Positions 1 to 13,239 of a DNA stretch of 64,000 bases are shown here, in pieces (position 1 is the stretch's first letter; every line of letters begins with the position of its first letter). Position numbers and translations under genes: made by a program. The notes beneath the pieces were generated by a model that did no database searches, was not told where the DNA came from, and saw only the letters and a list, made by a program, of their open reading frames with translations. Source of the stretch: Halocafeteria seosinensis (Eukaryota); the NCBI GenBank assembly GCA_001687465.1, contig LVLI01000043.1, positions 62,001-126,000 of the forward strand, in the 5' to 3' direction.

Positions 1-2
1 TA

Positions 3-470
3 CCGGCTAAAGCAGGATCCTCTAGCAGTGTTTTCTCGGGGAAGAACTCTTCCTCTAGAGGGCGCGCTAGCAAAGTCAGACCTGCCCTCCGGACCTTATC
101 CCGAGCGAGCTCCTTTTCGAGCACATCCAGTAAGACTTCCATGAGTACCGGTTCCGCCAACGCTTGTAAGGGGCTCGGTGACAAAAAAGCATTGCCATCC
201 TCGGTATTGCAGTTTCCCCCTACTGACGCGAAAAGTGTCATCGAGAAGCCTGGCCTAACCACGTTGCAAAGGCAGCAACGGGCAGGAGTATTGTTAACGA
301 CGCGGCAGACCAAATGCGACGTTCCAACACGACCTACCTCTTTTCTGGCAAAGCCGAAATCGACCAGCTCAATGACTGGTTCAAAGAGCAGGTTAGTGTC
401 TAAGCCGAACGTTAACATTTTTTCGCTTCAGGCTCAAAGTAACCGGGCATCAGCTTCGGCTGCTGAGTGA
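3..470 (+). CDS. 3' end of an unknown Ser-rich protein (runs off the window edge)
   Basis: The frame of ORF 141..470 stays open back to base 3 (PAKAGSSSSVFSGKNSSSRGRASK...) and ends at TGA 468-470, followed by AT-rich DNA convergent with the next gene. No recognisable domain. Confidence 0.4.
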   Translation, partial: PAKAGSSSSVFSGKNSSSRGRASKVRPALRTLSRASSFSSTSSKTSMSTGSANACKGLGDKKALPSSVLQFPPTDAKSVIEKPGLTTLQRQQRAGVLLTTRQTKCDVPTRPTSFLAKPKSTSSMTGSKSRLVSKPNVNIFSLQAQSNRASASAAE

Positions 471-565
471 CTTCAGCATACGATAACAAATGATTTCACA
501 TTGTAATTAATTTTTTAGATACATTAAGGATTTGGTAATCTATAGGCGCCTGTACAATTACTAGC

Positions 566-3500
566 CTAGCGACTGTCTGAAGTCCCTGTTGAGCCTCCCT
601 CCCGTGAGTTGAGGGATCTTGAGCTAACCTTTTTCTGAAGTGTTGAGCTCTCGTGCTGAGCCTGTCGAAGCCGACTTTCCAGAGTTTGCACGGCGTCGTA
701 AACATCGCTGATATCTCCTTTAAGTTGTCGAGTATCTGTATCGTCGTCAGGGGAAAGCTGTCCTCTGAAACTGCTAGGAGAATCCGCTTCAGGAGTAGAG
801 GTTTGCGAGCGCCCTTCTGAAACATTATGAAGTTCATTTATCTGACGTTCATAAGCGAGACAAGACTCTTTCCACTTGCTCATCTCCTTCTTCAGCGTTG
901 TGATTTTCTGAGTAATCGCATCAATCGTTGTCTGTTCTTCCGGATATTGCTCGCCGTTTTCCTTAGACTCAGGTACGACGCTACATAGATCAGAATGTAT
1001 ATCGGTCAAACTTCCCTCCATCGATTCTATTCTCTGACGCAGGTTTGAAGCCTCTTGTTCCAATTTCCTGCGGCGTTGCTTTTCTTCTTCGACAAGTTCA
1101 TCCAGCTTGTCTGCTCTTTCCGTCTCTTCACCTCGTCGTCGCGCTTCCTCTGACAATTTTTCGTCACGAGTTTCCAACTCCTTTTTCAGATCTTCGGTTT
1201 CTTGCTCCAGTAAGTCGTTTTTCCGTTTCAAAGAATCTATTTCTTTTTCTAATTCCGTTACTTTAGCCTCCGCTTGCGCTGTCAACCCTTTCTGTTGCTG
1301 CAACTCGTACCGGCACTGACGGACATTATTCTCGAGCTCATCGTTCTGGCGTTGCAGCCGCTTTACTTCCTTTGTGTCAGAATAGTTGAAATTTGATTCC
1401 CTCTCTGACCGTAGTGATTCCAACTCTACAGTTAATCGGGACAGACGAGATTCGAGCTGATCTCGCTCGTCTGAAGTCTCCTCTGCTTGGTCCAACACCG
1501 CTCGCAGGTCATCAGTAGCTTGCTGTGCATCGTCATAGTATTGATCTCTTTCTTCCTTAGTACTCTGCAATTCGGCTTCTAGATGTGAAGAGCCTTGTTC
1601 TAGACTGCGTACACGCCGTTCGTATGCTGATTCTGTCTCTGCTAGCTTTCCTTTTAATTCCTGTATTCTCCTGTCATAATCTCTTCTCTCATCCTCAAAC
1701 TTCTCAGCCTCTTGTTGAGCGAGCTCAAGACGCTCTTGGTATCCATCGCACCGCTTTTTCAGCACTGTTTCTCGTTGAGCGAGTACTCGAGTATGTTCAT
1801 TTGCTCCTTCCAAACTTGTTATTGCCTTTTCCAATGCCGTAGTTAGCTGTTTGCGTTTAGACGATAACTTATTGACCTCGCTCTCAAAACTTGACAACTG
1901 CGATTCCAAATCTTGGATTCGAAATCGCTGCTGTTGGTTAATTTTTTTCTGCTCGCAAACCTCGAGATGAAGGGCTTCCACTGACTTTGTGCTTTCTTGC
2001 AACTTTTTCGTTCCTTCCTTTTCAGTGTTTTGGACTTCGCATTCACGAAGATATCGGATCCGCGTTTGCATTTTCTCTGAAACACTATTTATGGCCGTGA
2101 ATATTGGACGAATTGTTGCTAAAGCACTATGCAGTTGATCGCTACTAGCAAATTCACTATCCGAATCGTCGAGATTTGTTACCCCTGCGTGGATCTGTTC
2201 GTTCACCTGCTGGCAGAGAGTCTCCATTTCATTAAGGGTGGTGAACACTTTGGAACTGCCTTCAGGAAAGGAGGATGTTTCAGCACTGGAGTGGACAGGT
2301 GGAGAAGCTCCGCTTTTCTGTTCGCTAGCTGAATCCGCCTTTTTAATCCCACTTTCAAGCTGAGCGCCTTGGATATCTAGCGTAGCACTATTTATTTCAG
2401 TTTTCTGCTCTCCTTCCTTCTTTTCAAAGTCTTTCTTCTGGTTCTCTTCCGTTGCCTGGCGCGTTGCTTGCCCTGCCTCATGTACTCGCTGTTTCGCCGC
2501 AGACACAGCCTCATTCAACTGGTCTACCGGCATATCGATGAAGCGGTCTAGAGCATTCTCTAAGACGGTTCTCTCCTCTTCTAAAGCCTGACGCGTGGAA
2601 ACCAATATACTTAATGGTAACCTCGTAACAAAGAAAAGACTCGGCACGTGGTACACACCTTTCGTTCTGTCTCCACCCTATCAGCACGCCTGCGCTCCTT
2701 TATCCAGTCATCTCTGAGCTGCTCTGACAAGCTCTTGATTGTTTGTTGATATTTTTGCTTCAGCTCTTCAAAATGTTTCTCGTGTCGAGCCTTCTGAGAG
2801 CATCAAGCAGATGCTAAGAACCAACGCATCGGCAGGATAAGACCACAGAAGTACTAACCATTTCTTCGTGCTCTTTGACAACATCGTGGTATGCTTGTTC
2901 ACAAACTTGGTACTTGGCAGACAATTCTTGGTATGCATGTCCCCCTTGATTGTATTTGGCTGCAATATCACCTGCGGATGTTTCCTCGCTTGCATCTGTG
3001 TCGGAACAAACGAGTGAGTGAAATTGAGAATGTACCGATATACTCTATCCTCAAAATTCTTACCAGCAGATTCCTGTTTCATCATGTGATCTATTGATGC
3101 ATTTGCACCCGTCTGTTGTGCACGCGAAACTCGTTGGGAGCTGTCGCTTAAAGATCGGTTCAAATTTGATGAGCCAGCAGAAAAAGAACGGTCCAATTTG
3201 TCGGTCAGCTTCTTCGAGTCGAGGTGTACGTGTTTCACGTCTCCAACTTCGAGCATCTTGTTGATTTGTTCATTATATCGATGCATTGACTTGAAGGCAA
3301 CTCTGATCGCTTTCTGCATAACTCTCAGTGGTCCGTTAGGTTCAATTTCGTCCTCCGTGGCGTTCTCCCACAGCGGCTCGAACTGCTGCTGTATGTGGAC
3401 CAGGCACTTTATGGCTCGTTCATTGTGCAAATGCAAGCCTTTCTTGAGCAAGGCAATCTTGGCATTCTGACGCTTGGACCTCTCCTCACAATATGTAACT

Positions 3501-3820
3501 TCATTTACAGCTTCATTCAGATCGTTTCGGGTTCGTTCCAATTCCCGTGATAACGCGTTGTAGAACGGATCTGCCGTGTTGGTTCCAGCTAGGAACGATG
3601 ATGCACCATCGGATACACCTCCTCCGGAGCTGGGGTACCCATTGGATTGTGTACGAGACTGATGATAGCGCTGGAATTGCTCCCGTAGCTCCTGCAATCT
3701 CTGCTCCTCATTGCGTTGGATATTCTCTCGATGTTCGCCTCGATCCATACTACTGCCACCACCACCAGATGCGGAGGTGTCCGTTCTACCCGTGCTGTAA
3801 GTCGGAGTGCTCATCAACAT
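566..3820 (-). CDS. Large coiled-coil protein, 4 exons
   Basis: ORFs 2768..3877 and 566..2656 join through three GT-AG introns (~2997-3046, ~2796-2858, ~2588-2657). The spliced read is continuous (...HDVVKEHEEM|KARHEKHFEELKQK...RVETERK|ALEEERTVLE...) and rich in E/K/Q/R/L heptads. Confidence 0.75.
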
Positions 3821-3975
3821 CCTTAAACAGTCGCTACGGGGCTTTGAAAGAGTCGACTTCCGGACGGAAAACACCAAATCAACGGTTTACCAGCGAGTAC
3901 GACATGTCAATTATTTCTTGCAGTTTTGGCTGGTCACAAACTTCAATGGCCACGTTTCTGAAATTCTGACAATCT

Positions 3976-4760
3976 ATAATTCACCGTCACAAAGTACGTG
4001 GGATTGCCGAATATGGCTTGCATACCTCATATGCGTTTTCGCTGTACTAATCGCTTTTCATCGGTGTGGTACATATGTGAGCTTTGCCAAGCTGAACACC
4101 ATCCAGTAGCGTTGACATCAGACGTTTCCCGGAGAAGTCGGTAAAGGCTGGCGGTAGACATATCCCAGTGGGACACCACGATTTTCCGCACGGAAACTTC
4201 GATGAGAAAAGATGGAGGTAGCAAGTTCTTGTCGCCAAGTTCGGAACGTGATACTGGTACACCGGTCGGTATTCGAGGTCGCTTCCGGTTCGACGCTGGA
4301 GTTCCTTGGCCTACATGAGCGGAATTGTCTATATATATGTATGGATTTTGACGACATCTCCCGGAGAAAAGGAATGAATGTCACTTCATTCCATATGGAC
4401 AAAGGGGACATTGACGTATCCGATTTCTCTCCCCGAAATACGAATGGCAGTAAAGTACATGGATCAAAAAGTCCCGAGATACCGTACGAATGGCAGTGAA
4501 GTACATAGATCAAAAAGCCCCCGAGATACGAATAACAGTGAAGTACATAGATCAAAAAGTCCATGCCACCTACACCTACCGCCAGCCTTTACCCACTCCC
4601 CCGGGAAACTTCTGGATGTCGACGATCTACTGGACGGTGTTCAACGTGGCAAAGCTCACGTATATACCACACCGATGAAACCCGATTAGTACAGCAAAAA
4701 CACATGTGGGGCATGCAAGCCGTATTCGGCAATCCTACCTACTTCGTTACCGTGAACTAT
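3976..4760. mobile_element. Inverted pair of decayed Helitron Rep-domain fragments
   Basis: Arms 3976-4157 and 4576-4760 are diverged reverse complements. The + arm reads YHTDETRLVQQKHMWGMQAVFGNPTYFVTVNYDDVTSFGI; the - arm reads YHTDEKRLVQRKRI*GMQAIFGNPTYFVTVNY. Both resemble the Helitron Rep segment M-x3-FG-x-P-x2-F-x-T-x-N/T-x-DD. Confidence 0.6.
4432..4562 (+). repeat. Minisatellite, 3 tandem copies of a 41-47 bp unit
   Basis: Units at 4432-4472, 4473-4519 and 4520-4560; consensus cccgaRatacgaatRRcagtRaagtacatRgatcaaaaag. Confidence 0.9.
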
Positions 4761-5412
4761 GACGATGTCACATCTTTTGGCATCTCGGTTGCATGATATA
4801 GTCCCGGAGTTTAGGTATAGCGAGTTTACGCGCGCTGATCAACGATATTTGTCTCGTATTGCTAATATAAGAGGTGTTCGTGCTAGGGTTAGCTGGTGAC
4901 GAGGTTTTACCCCATAACTTAAGTGACTCCGTTGTTGTGACTCACCCGGTTGGTGTAACGGCCTGTTGCTGCAGTTAAGATGCGGGTTACGCAGATACCC
5001 TCAGTTAAGGTTGGCAAAATCAATTTGATTTGAAACAGCAGCAGGATTTCTGAAGAAGACAGTTAGTGTATATTGTTTGAGGTATCCTACTGCAAGATAT
5101 ACCAAGAATCCAGTAAGTTTGAGGTGGTTTGATAACAGATACATGTAGGGTACAAGCGTTGTACAGTGTACAGACTGTACCGGTTCCTCTGTTCAATACT
5201 TGAGACGGCCGAAAGGGAGTGCCATTGTCGTACTCTGTTCGATTAGGTTCAGATTATGTTTTGCTGGAGTTGTTCATGCCGTACTTGTCGCTGGTGGTAG
5301 GCCTATGAAGCCACTACATCCCCATGTCAATCAACGCTTACAAATCCTCAAAAAATTAACGGTCATCATGATCTTTTTACTGCATGCAGATGGCACAGTG
5401 CCGTTTTGACGG

Positions 5413-6730
5413 GTGCCTATTCGCCTCCAAAAGGAAGATAAGGGGACAGCAGCACTTAATAGAGAGTCATGGCTTTCCACATTTCCAGGAGAAGAAATTT
5501 ACTTCCTGGATGGAGCTCGTGTAATCTTCCTGGATACGCTTCAGGTGGGTCGGCGTAATACCAGTATATCTTCACTCTCTTATCCGTCATTAAATCTGAT
5601 ATCGTGCAGACAAGGGATAGCGTGAGTTATCTCTTCAAGGGGGATGTGGCTCTGAAAGACGGCAATAAAAAGCTATACTTCGATTGCCAAGAAGAGGCAT
5701 GTAGCAGCTCCATCACAGTCACCGCGCAGCATACAAGGAGCAGTAAAGAAGCCCTGGAGCTACTGTTTCCGAAGAAAAGCACAGACAAGATCGAGGAGTT
5801 AATGCGCTTTAACAAGCTGACAGCTAGCCACTTTCCAGATACGTGTCGCCGGAGTAGGAAATGTTGTACTCTCCATCATAGTCTTCCGGAACATGGACAG
5901 GACATGACTCACATAAACCAGAAGATTCGGATGTGTCGAAGTTTCCTATGCCCAAAACATTAAAGCAAAGGATGAGAAACATCCATGAGTCGACAGGTAA
6001 GGTCACCGTTTCCGTCGCTTGGACTCCGCTCCTCATCCATTTTGTGCTGACTGGAGGATACCTCAGGTGGGAAACTTCGTCCGTCGGATTTATTGCGAAC
6101 GTCACTTGACGAGTTCGAGAGAGTTTCCGGAATGAAGCCTTGGATTCAGTTCTTCCAACATTCTGCTTAGACGTACCCGCGACTGTCCAGATAAACGAAA
6201 ACGGAAGGCGCCCATCGAAAATCGAAACGCTAAGGCGAAGTCATGTGTATGATACGATTGTTCGCCCAATGAGGCGAGCAGCAGGATCTGATATGCAGAG
6301 GCTGCTGGTCCAGAGGTCGGAAGAAGTGAAGACTACAGACTATAACCCAAACTACAAAGGCAATTTCGTCCTGCTGAAGCTTGCTGGTTGGCCACTTGCT
6401 AATTGTTATGATCCGTGCAACGTTACCGAAAAGAGGCCAGATTTTTTCCAAAACATTAAAGACTCAGATTTCTTGATGTTTGTGTCCGTAAGTTAGTGCG
6501 TATGCTTCCGCCTAGAACTTTCTTGCACTATTTATTGCTGCAGACCCCAGAGCAACGAAGACAGTTCAAGAAAAACTCTTCGCGGTGTTGTATAATGGAT
6601 GTTACGCATCACTCTTCGAGATATGAGGGACAACTGTATTCGGCGCACGTCTTGGACTCCGGTAGACGGCCAGTACCGGTACATTTCATGCCATAGTGCC
6701 AAACGAAAACGAATTAACGATTAGAGTAAG
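5413..6730 (+). pseudogene. Degenerate Mutator/MULE-like transposase with introns
   Basis: The spliced read DFLMFVS|TPEQRRQFKKNSSRCCIMDVTHHSSRYEGQLYSAHVLDSGRRPVPV matches the start of the MULE DDE domain (first Asp in MDxTH). N-terminal Cys/His segment (LYFDCQEEACSSSITVT...HHSLPEHG). Stops, a frameshift near 6690 and truncation before the other catalytic residues. Confidence 0.65.
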
Positions 6731-7177
6731 AGCTTCGTGCTGCTTCTTGACAACTACTCGTTCTTCTTTCTCGACTGGTTTGTAGCTGGACGAGGGAAGA
6801 TTAGATTTCCATGTTGCATCTAAGTCAAAACTTTCCGCTCTTCACAGGTCTTTTTTTTGTGCATCCTTGCGGACATTTCAACCTCGAGTCGGGAGGAATT
6901 CATTGAGTACACGTCCGGACCAGTGCATTGCCAACCGTGAATAGTTAGCTATCATTACACCACAACGACTCCAATTGCTTTACATATATATACATATGCG
7001 CCGTGGAAAGAGTGTATAAGGTGCGTGTTTCCATCAAGAAGAATTCTGGAATTCTTCTTTGTCGGTCCTCATGCTCATTATGCGTGTATAACATGGACAT
7101 GCAACCTTCTCATCCACGCATTATTACTTGGATACTTGATATATACTGTACTGAATGGTACCATGCATTGCAGAGTG

Positions 7178-10100
7178 ATGTTTACGGGCAGTACGCGCCG
7201 TCGACCCCATATTTCCTATCGAGGTAGAAGTCGATATGTGACAAAATCAGAGGCTATTCAAGAGTATGTGGCGCATATACAGACCAATTCCTCATCTTAT
7301 ATAGTATACACATGTATAACGTATGCTTGGAATGCTTGCAGAGCGCGACAAGAGAGAGAAAGACGCGAAAATGAACGACGCCAACTTGAAGCCCTTGAGT
7401 GCATCATCAAGAATTACAGGTGCATGCGAGCCAAATACAGCGAAAAGCAGCTCTTACGGAATGAATTTGATAAGAAGAGACTGGATATAGAAAAAGTAGA
7501 AAATTTGCTGGCTTCATCGGGACAAACGGACTTCGCGTTGCCGGTGAAGTCTTTGATTGAACTTCTTCGTCAATGCTTGGTGGTGTTTACACCTTATAAT
7601 GTGGATGATATTCACCGGCTCGCATGGGTTTCGAAGTTTTTGGCAAAGTCATTTGTGACGAACCGCGAGGGCGCCAACTTGGAAACAAAGGCGCGGGAGG
7701 TTGGAGATCCATTCATGGAGACAGTTAGGAATGTATGTGTTCTCACTCTGGTTGATTTGTACTGGACCATTGGGGTTTCGATGCAAAGCTATATCTCTTC
7801 AAATGTATCTCTACGAGGGTATCGATGTAGTCACATGCAAACCTACCCTTCGGCACTGTTTTCGGGGCAGCAGCATCAAGAAGCATGTCAGGCTCTGAAG
7901 CTATCTGTGGGGACCCTGTTATCTCTACTATCTAATCGCAGGATACAACGATGCCCGGACTGTCAAGCATATCTTCACCAAGTCGGTAGTGAAAGCCAAC
8001 AGTTTCGTGAACATGTTGCAACAGCTTGTGTTCGCGTTCTTATGGCTTCAAAACGGTTTGTAAGTGCGGTCGAAGGATACTCCTTAGGCAACATTCACAG
8101 TGATCAAATCAAGGACCGGTTTTTCGAAGAAGAAATTCTGATGATTGCTGATATTGCGCTTCGTTCAGTACACTCTTCCCAAAGCATGTTGACAGGAGAC
8201 GGAAATGTGTTAAAACTATGCGCTCAGATAATCTTTTGTATTCAATGGGACTCCGCGGACCTACCTCAAGTTATTCAAGATATCGTATATGATGGGCGAC
8301 TGCTCAGTATATTAATAACAAAGCTATCGTATTTAGAAGGAGGTAGTAGCGGGTCACCGAAAGAAGGGACTAGCATGGCCTCTGAAAATCAAAAGCGGCC
8401 GCGAAGTGAACGACTCCAGCCAACTTTTGAGGAATTAACTATGCCAAACATTTTTGTAAATGCGACGACGATGGTCAGCTACATAGCAACCCTTGTTCAA
8501 GCTAATCGAGGAAGCTCAACTCAGACTGGTACATGTTACTTGCTTTCACTGATGAGTCAACTAATACGGGAAATGCCAGGTGACCTGCTCGGGCTTCGCA
8601 ACTACATGCTTAACAATTCCGAAGAAACCAATAATGCAAGACTCAGTGAAGAAGACAGTGACAGCTCGCTTGATTTGATGGACGCAGATGACGAGGCTGC
8701 TGCTAATGCTGATCCAAACCTCAGTATTCTGGCTTCGATCAGATTGAAGCTGAGGGATGGTACCGACTCGCCTTTGCCGATCATGGAGGCAAAGAAAAGT
8801 TGGGAGACAAACAGTACATTGTGCAACGTGGTGAACGATTCTTGGAAAAGGCTAACAGAGTTTGGACAACTGGGATCACTTTTGGATACTGTTATCAGCT
8901 GGGAACCTCATTCGGAAGACCCGGCGGCAGACAACACTCTGCACCAGTCCCTTGAACTAATAGCGTCAGTGCTGATAAAACTGTACTGTTCGGATCTGCC
9001 GTTGCATGATGTGAGCGATCTTGGCACATCCACTGAAGTGATGAATCGGACTCGTCTGCCGCAGAGTGGTACCGCCAAGTTTATCAGGAATACCATTCTC
9101 CGGTTTGATATAAAGTCGAGAATGAAAAAGTTATGGAAGACGGTGAAACTCTGGAAAGGGACACACGGCGGCGGGATCCCTGACTTCTCTATGTTTACTG
9201 TGCCTTTTGTGTTCTCCAATCTATTAAATCAATTACTTTTCACATTGACGGATGATGATTTTTTTGAGCATGCCCATCCGTTTGATAAGAATGAGGTGAA
9301 AGCCGTAGTGGCATACTATAATCGGTTGCTGAAAACGTTCTGCTGGAGCTCTACCATGCTTAGAGATCGTTCATTCCATTCTCTGCTTTTATTGCAGCAG
9401 TGGATCGAGACCTATAAGAGACTCTATGAGCGACATATCCGACGGCCTGGAATCTACACGGAGGAAGAAGAATGGCTATGGGAGGATGTTTCTCTAAGCG
9501 TTAGTGGGGGTAGTGGAGAAGCGTTGCTGAACACAATAGAGTCTTCCGAAGGGCTAGAGGGCGAGCGCTCATTCTTCCGGAGTTTCTTCCACAGCTCGAC
9601 ACCGAATGAGACTAATGATAATAGAACTGTCTCGTTGAAATTTCTTTTGCTCCATGTGCCGATGGTTATTCCGTTCCGGGAAAGAGCCAGTTTATTTGAG
9701 ACGTTTTTGTCACGCGCTAAGGTACGACGACGCATGAAACTGGCAAGTGTATAAGTGCCAATAAAGATTCTCCTATATTTCCTTCGCAGGCTGGAAGAAA
9801 TCCTTTTTCTGGAAATACAGTACTCAGAGTCCAAAGAAGCTCCTTGTTACACGATGCCATGGAAGGATTTGCTGAGCTTAAAGACAAGGGAGGTCAACAA
9901 ATACTGAAAACTAACCTACAGCTTACGTTCGTAGACGACCAAGTACGTACTAACTAACCAGGTTTTACACTTGCTTGGGTTGACAGAAGGTCAATACATA
10001 TGCAGGGCCTTGAGGAGGAAGGTATTGATGGAGGCGGCCTTTTCAAGGAGTTTGTTGACAATGCCACTAAAGAGGCATTCGATCCTGAGAACGGCTTCTT

Positions 10101-11237
10101 TGATACTGCTGCAAATAACACATTGTACCCCCACCCTGACGCTAGATTCCGTGGTAAACGATGGTCTCACAGAGGTGCTTTAAACCATTTTGAATTCATG
10201 GGCGAACTCCTTGGTAAAGCTGTGTATGAGCAAATTCTAGTCGAACCAGCGTTTGCGTCATTTTTCCTGGACAAACTTCTAGTAAGAGAAGGAGGCTGAG
10301 AGCGTAATGATGATGCTAGTTTGTTACAAGTTATGTCTTGACACAGGGAAGAGTGAATACTATTGACGATTTAGCATCCTTGGATATGGAATTTTATAGG
10401 AGTTTAATCCGCTTGAAATACATGTCCTCTGATGAATTGGACGCCCTGGACCTTACATTTGAGACAACAGATGAAATAAATGGGAAGACCTTGAACGTAC
10501 CGCTTTGCCCAGATGGAGAGAACTTAACGGTGAATAGGTCGAATCTTCCTCGCTACTTATACTTGATGGCACACTACAAACTGAACAAGAGAATACAAAA
10601 CCAATGTCGCGCATTTTTGAATGGATTTAGGAAGCTTATTCCGCAACACTGGCTACGAATGTTCACAAGCCATGAGGTCCAGGTACGTTACCATATCTCA
10701 GCAGCACTCTGTTAGGACGACCGCATGGCTTTGAGTTGCAGCTCATCATTGGAGGCACCCCGCGGATCGACTTCGATGATATGTTCAAACATACTAATTT
10801 TGCTGGAGGCTATCATCGAAACCATCAGACTATTAAGGTATGCTGGGTAATTGTTGCTTCCGCTGGTATAAATGATGGGGCATACGAACATGATTGTATT
10901 TGCAGTGGCTGAGAGAAGTTCTTGAGGAAATGAATTGGGAAGACTCTTCGGCGTTCCTCGCTTTTATTACCTCATGCAGTCGGCCCCCTCTTTTGGGGTT
11001 TAAGATGTTGCAACCAAATTTGGGGATCCGATATGTCCCTGAGGAAGATAGGCTGCCAACAGCGTAAGCGATTCCGGTCGTTCTTTCGTTTCGTCTCGTT
11101 CACCACAGCTAGTAAATTCCATTTACAGGTCTACTTGCGCAAACTTGCTCAAACTTCCCAATTATTCGTCCAAAGAAATGCTCAGGGACAAACTGTTATA
11201 CGCTATTCGATCAAAGTCAGGCTTTAACATGTCGTGA
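7178..11237 (+). CDS. HECT E3 ubiquitin ligase, UBE3B/UBE3C (UPL6/7) type, multi-exon
   Basis: N-terminus [77 protein letters not shown]; catalytic [18 protein letters not shown]-terminus [10 protein letters not shown]. Several short GT-AG introns. Confidence 0.93.
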
Positions 11238-11508
11238 GAAGTGTATGGATATTATGAGTCGTGTGGTCTCAATGAATAGGGTAGACGAGTGAGCACTGTA
11301 ACATTGTGACTCTCTTTCGAGTTCGCACGACCAGCGTAGATAGTCCTTGACTTTACCCATTTAAGTTACACAACATCGTTGGTAGACAATTTTGTACAAT
11401 ACATCTGTTCCTCTCGGTGAAATACGTGTTGGCTGAGTCAATATTCCATAGACTCACACGTTTCTAGATCGAGATATCATTAAGGTCAACAGCACTTTCA
11501 TACCGCCC

Positions 11509-12770
11509 TTAGCCTGAATCTGACCGTTCATATTGTAGGAAGTCTCGGATCTTCTGTGATTCATCCAGTTGCGTAAGAGGTTCCACTGCATTGGCGAAGT
11601 ATTGACCTTGTGCAAAAGAAGCCACTTTGCCTTCTGCATCCATTCCAAAGTAACCATATGAACTTTTCACTCCAAGAGAGAGTTAAATGAATGCAATACG
11701 CACCTAGAGCATAGTCAAAGTGCTGAGCTGCATTCTGGATGTGCTGCCAGCTATTGTGCAGTGGAATCAATAACACCTGAATTTGTTCATCCCGTTCAGT
11801 AGCAGGCTGAGGATCCTTGTTATCGGGGTCCTCTTCATCAACTTCCATGAATACGGGAGCATATGCTTCTGTAGACTTCCAAGGGTCGACAAATACCGTG
11901 GGACCTACGTGGCGAACGACGCCTTTCAGTCCTGTTTCCTCCTTCAATTCCCGGACGGCTGCTTCTTCTGCACAAGATGAATACACCTCCATATTCTCAT
12001 ACTACATGCTCTAATAATTGCCGATACCGACGCTGAACTTCATTTACCTGGTTTCTCTCCTGGGTCGATAATACCGGAGGCGAACTCAATGACGCCGCGC
12101 TCCACGGGAGGTCGTCCGTTCGCTATCAACACAAGTTTACGAGGGCTCCCCCTTCGATGCGTGACGGCTATACTGCGAGGACAAAAACGGGATCCCATGA
12201 TACCTGCACCCAAGGGGCTGGGGAAAACCTCGGGGGCACCTACATCTCGACGCCATCAATCTTGGAAGTGGATCCTGCTCGAACAGTGGAAGTGGTTCGC
12301 TGACAGAATTCCCAGTCGTATGTTTCCTCCGACGAAGTATTCGAGATGTAGAAGGTCTTTTTCATGAGCTCAAGCCATTTACCAGTAGCTCCCGATCCCA
12401 TCGACTGGACCTCCTTGATCGACATGGGAGGTATGGGTTCACCAATATACTCGATATCTGTGTCGTCCTCGCCCGCGTGGGAAGAAGTGGAAGTTAAGTT
12501 TTCGAAACTTCGAATCCGTGACTGCTTCCTCGAGGTTCCCGGAAGTCGCTCCAGCGCTTGCGCAAGCTGCGTTGGAAGTTTGTCACACTTCGCATACATC
12601 CAATGCACCCCAAAGGCGGCGACAGCAATTCCACCAATCAACCATGAGCGATGGTTTTGGGATAAATCAGTCCACCAGGAAGTCAGAGCGTTTCCCAACT
12701 TGTCCTCCGAGTTGCTTTTGTCAGCAGCTGACATTGCAGCACTAGTGTATGACGATGTCGATGGTGGCAT
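11509..12770 (-). CDS. Nudix hydrolase, ADP-ribose pyrophosphatase (NUDT5)-like, with N-terminal hydrophobic segment
   Basis: Nudix box split by an intron: IEFASGIIDPGE...AEEAAVRELKEETGL. Also ATGKWLEL, WEFCQRTT, DGVE and RPPV motifs. Last exon EGKVASFAQG...SDSG* ends at 11509. Confidence 0.85.
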
Positions 12771-13239
12771 TTTAGTGTTTCGTTTCTCGAGAAAACGAGC
12801 CAGCTATTCCAATTTAACAAACCAAACAACTCAGATTCGTCTAACACTTCTATGCAGTTAAGTGGATCAAAGTAACAGAAAAATCCAGCTCTGTTTTTAT
12901 TATTTTTTCTCGACAGTCTACGGTACCCCTCAAGGAATAATGTTACTCAGTTTCTGTAATTACATTCTTTCTGTAGAATGGCCTGAGATCGAAATGCTGT
13001 CGTATCCGACAACGGCGTTGTTTAGCTTCGCTTATTTATACCCAGTATCAGCTTGCGAAGACGAGTACTATCGTTTCTTACCGACACAGTTTATATCACA
13101 CCAATGTGTACGCACCACACATTGCTTTATGCCTCTAACTATAGCCAGAACTTCTGCAGCAGCAATCTGCAAGGAGCAGTTCACTTGCTGTAGGTAGCCA
13201 GGGAGTTTCAAGCATTCCTGGGAGACTATACATTCCCCT

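Noticed and set aside
4432..4562. CRISPR-like array
   Set aside because: Units are directly adjacent with no unique spacers, there are no cas genes, and the context is eukaryotic; it is a minisatellite.
7025..7341. Hydrophobic N-terminus and YVAHIQT...WNAC insert of the 909-aa HECT ORF
   Set aside because: The likely start is ATG 7178, and 7264-7341 is a stop-free 78-nt GT-AG intron that the ORF caller read through.
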